Below are positions 15,478 through 16,907 of a DNA stretch of 16,907 nt, one piece after another. Under the pieces are notes generated by a model. The model did not search any database. It was not told the DNA's origin and saw nothing but the letters and a program-made list of their open reading frames with translations. This DNA comes from Candidatus Heimdallarchaeota archaeon (GTDB lineage Archaea; Asgardarchaeota; Heimdallarchaeia; Heimdallarchaeales; Heimdallarchaeaceae), in the NCBI GenBank assembly GCA_030668825.1, contig DAOVET010000051.1:1-16907 (forward strand). The letters run 5' to 3'. The stretch's first letter is position 1, and every line of letters starts with the position of its first letter. Made by a program: the position numbers and the translations under genes.

Positions 15478-16548
15478 ATGCAAATAAGCAATATGGAACA
15501 AAAAAAGGATGAAGTTACATCTAAAAGGAAAGATGACCACATTAGGATTTGCTTGGAAAACGATGTTGAGTACAAGTTACATAACAATGGCTTTCAAGAT
15601 ATTGAGCTTCATCCCGCAACTCTTGTAAATCTTTCCCCTGAGAAAATAGATCTAATTACAACTATTTTTGGGAAGAAAATAGAATATCCGATTATTGTTT
15701 CTGGTATGACTGGTGGGTCTAAGTTAGGAAAACAGTACAATGAACAAATAGCGGAGATATGTCAGGAATTTAAAATTGGGATGGGGGTTGGATCACAAAG
15801 GGCTGCTATAGAAGACTCTAAATTCGGTGAAACATTTGAAGTAAGAGATATTGCACCAGACATTCCCTTAATTTCTAATTTAGGTTTAGCTCAATTCAAC
15901 AAAGGATATGGTATAGAGGAAGCGAAATTAGCTGTGGAGATGATTAATGCAGATGCACTAGCTATTCATATAAACCCATTACAAGAGCTGGTACAACTAG
16001 AAGGGGATAAGCAAGATAATTATTCCTTAGAACCACTCAAACAGCTACTATCGAATGTGCAGTTTCCTGTTATTCTAAAAGGTGTAGGAACTGGTTTTTC
16101 AAAAAGAGATTTGAATAATTTGGCAAAATTACAACCTTATGCTATCGATGTTTCAGGTGCTGGAGGAACTAATTGGACAAAAATTGAATTTCTTAGAAAT
16201 AAGAACATGGAATATGTTTCAGAAGAATTTGTGGAACAAGGTATAGCTACTGCTGTTAGTCTGAATCATGCACGTTCAGCAACGAGAAGTAAAAAGGTGA
16301 AATTAGTAGCCTCTGGTGGAATATGGAATGGTACGGATGCAGTGAAAGCACTAATTTTAGGTGCTGATTATGTAGCCTTTGCACTCCCAGTATTAAGAGC
16401 TCTGGCAAAGGGTGGGGTAAGTGAATTGAGGAAGTTTATTACTACTTTTATTTTTGAGCTACGAACCACAATGGCTATGTTAGGATCAGAGAACTTACAC
16501 CAATTAAAGAAGAAGAGATACAAAAAAATAGGAAGAAGATATAGTTAA
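15478..16548 (+). CDS. fni: Type 2 (FMN-dependent) isopentenyl-diphosphate delta-isomerase
   Basis: RKDDHI, SGMTGG, GVGSQR, HINPLQE, DVSGAGGTNW and ASGGI. The start may be ATG 15493. Confidence 0.95.
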   Translation: MQISNMEQKKDEVTSKRKDDHIRICLENDVEYKLHNNGFQDIELHPATLVNLSPEKIDLITTIFGKKIEYPIIVSGMTGGSKLGKQYNEQIAEICQEFKIGMGVGSQRAAIEDSKFGETFEVRDIAPDIPLISNLGLAQFNKGYGIEEAKLAVEMINADALAIHINPLQELVQLEGDKQDNYSLEPLKQLLSNVQFPVILKGVGTGFSKRDLNNLAKLQPYAIDVSGAGGTNWTKIEFLRNKNMEYVSEEFVEQGIATAVSLNHARSATRSKKVKLVASGGIWNGTDAVKALILGADYVAFALPVLRALAKGGVSELRKFITTFIFELRTTMAMLGSENLHQLKKKRYKKIGRRYS

Positions 16549-16606
16549 TCAGACTAACTATGACTCGTCATAGAGCAAAAGCTCTCAGTAATGCCTTGTT
16601 CATCCC
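16549..16606 (-). ncRNA. Dual-guide box C/D sRNA predicted to guide 2'-O-methylation of 23S rRNA H69/H71
   Basis: Minus strand reads C GGGATGA (16606-16600), guide ACAAGGCATTA, D' CTGA (16588-16585), hairpin GAGC-TTTT-GCTC, C' ATGACGA (16571-16565), guide GTCATAGTTAGT, D CTGA (16552-16549). The guides are complementary to conserved LSU segments AAUGCCUUGU and UAACUAUGAC. The true ends probably extend a few nt beyond the boxes. Confidence 0.85.
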
Positions 16607-16624
16607 TAATCTAGTTAAGAGTCC

Positions 16625-16641
16625 CTATAATTATCTTTTTT
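16625..16641 (-). promoter_or_regulatory. Possible BRE/TATA for the C/D sRNA
   Basis: Minus-strand AAAAAAG-ATAATTATAG lies about 20-35 nt upstream of the C box and downstream of the T-tracts that end the previous gene. Confidence 0.35.
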
Positions 16642-16675
16642 GATTGAAACCACATAGAGCATAACGAATATCAGA

Positions 16676-16704
16676 TAAAAAGAAGGAAAAAAGAATAGGA
16701 GAAA
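16676..16704 (-). terminator. T-rich archaeal terminator-like tract
   Basis: Minus-strand TTTCTCCTATTCTTTTTTCCTTCTTTTTA lies about 75-105 nt after the stop at 16780. Confidence 0.35.
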
Positions 16705-16779
16705 TTAATTGTCAGAACAGTAGACTAAACTTATTAACTGCAAACCAACAAATTATTTTAACCATTATTTCTCCAATTG

Positions 16780-16907
16780 TCATTTATTATTAACGTCCTT
16801 TTCGTGTTTTCTCTTTCTTCTAACAAGAGTAATCAGAATAGTTGAAATCATAAAGGAAATTAGAAGGATAGAAGAACCTCCGATTCTTTCAGTGCCGTAA
16901 ATTTCTT
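16780..16907 (-). CDS. 3' end of a probable cell-surface protein with C-terminal TM anchor and basic tail (partial)
   Basis: Manual translation gives ...EIYGTERIGGSSILLISFMISTILITLVRRKRKHEKDVNNK*, with stop TGA at 16782-16780. Confidence 0.7.
   Translation of the reverse strand, partial: EIYGTERIGGSSILLISFMISTILITLVRRKRKHEKDVNNK

Noticed and set aside
16553-16599. Plus-strand matches to 23S rRNA, suggesting an rRNA fragment
   Set aside because: There are only two 10-12-nt matches, each bounded by box motifs on the minus strand, so they are explained as sRNA guides.
16712-16783. 23-codon minus-strand ORF starting at an ATGA overlap with the 16780 stop
   Set aside because: It is too short and has no supporting motif.
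1-16907. CRISPR arrays, tRNAs, IS elements, integrases, long tandem repeats
   Set aside because: No regularly spaced repeats, cloverleafs, transposase motifs or terminal inverted repeats were seen by eye.

Overview
AT-rich, gene-dense archaeal chromosomal window with 17 complete CDSs, two edge-truncated CDSs and one RNA gene. An Asgard origin, probably Heimdallarchaeia-like, is inferred from a Rab-like GTPase, an EMC6/RAB5IF-like protein and archaeal-type RqcH, AIP synthase, IDI-2 and TFS. In order, it holds Opp/Dpp permeases (oppC partial, oppB), an orphan LolD/MacB-type ABC ATPase, a coiled-coil hypothetical and a membrane protein with zinc ribbons at both ends. Next come a coupled coiled-coil protein plus Rab-like GTPase, two small hypotheticals, archaetidylinositol-phosphate synthase, a degenerate PD-(D/E)xK-fold protein and a 2-TM protein plus EMC6/RAB5IF-like protein set head-to-head with rqcH. 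The window ends with CBS-Zn, Mut7-C, AMMECR1, a ThiI-like protein with a dead PP-loop, a truncated TFS, IDI-2 and the C-terminal anchor of a surface protein. The best signal is absent from the ORF track: a dual-guide box C/D sRNA (16549-16606, minus). Its guides match 23S rRNA helices 69 and 71 and predict 2'-O-methylation of the A1913 equivalent, the site guided in eukaryotes by snR63/SNORD46. No mobile element, CRISPR array, tRNA or rRNA was seen. All family calls come from motif recognition by eye; no searches were run.
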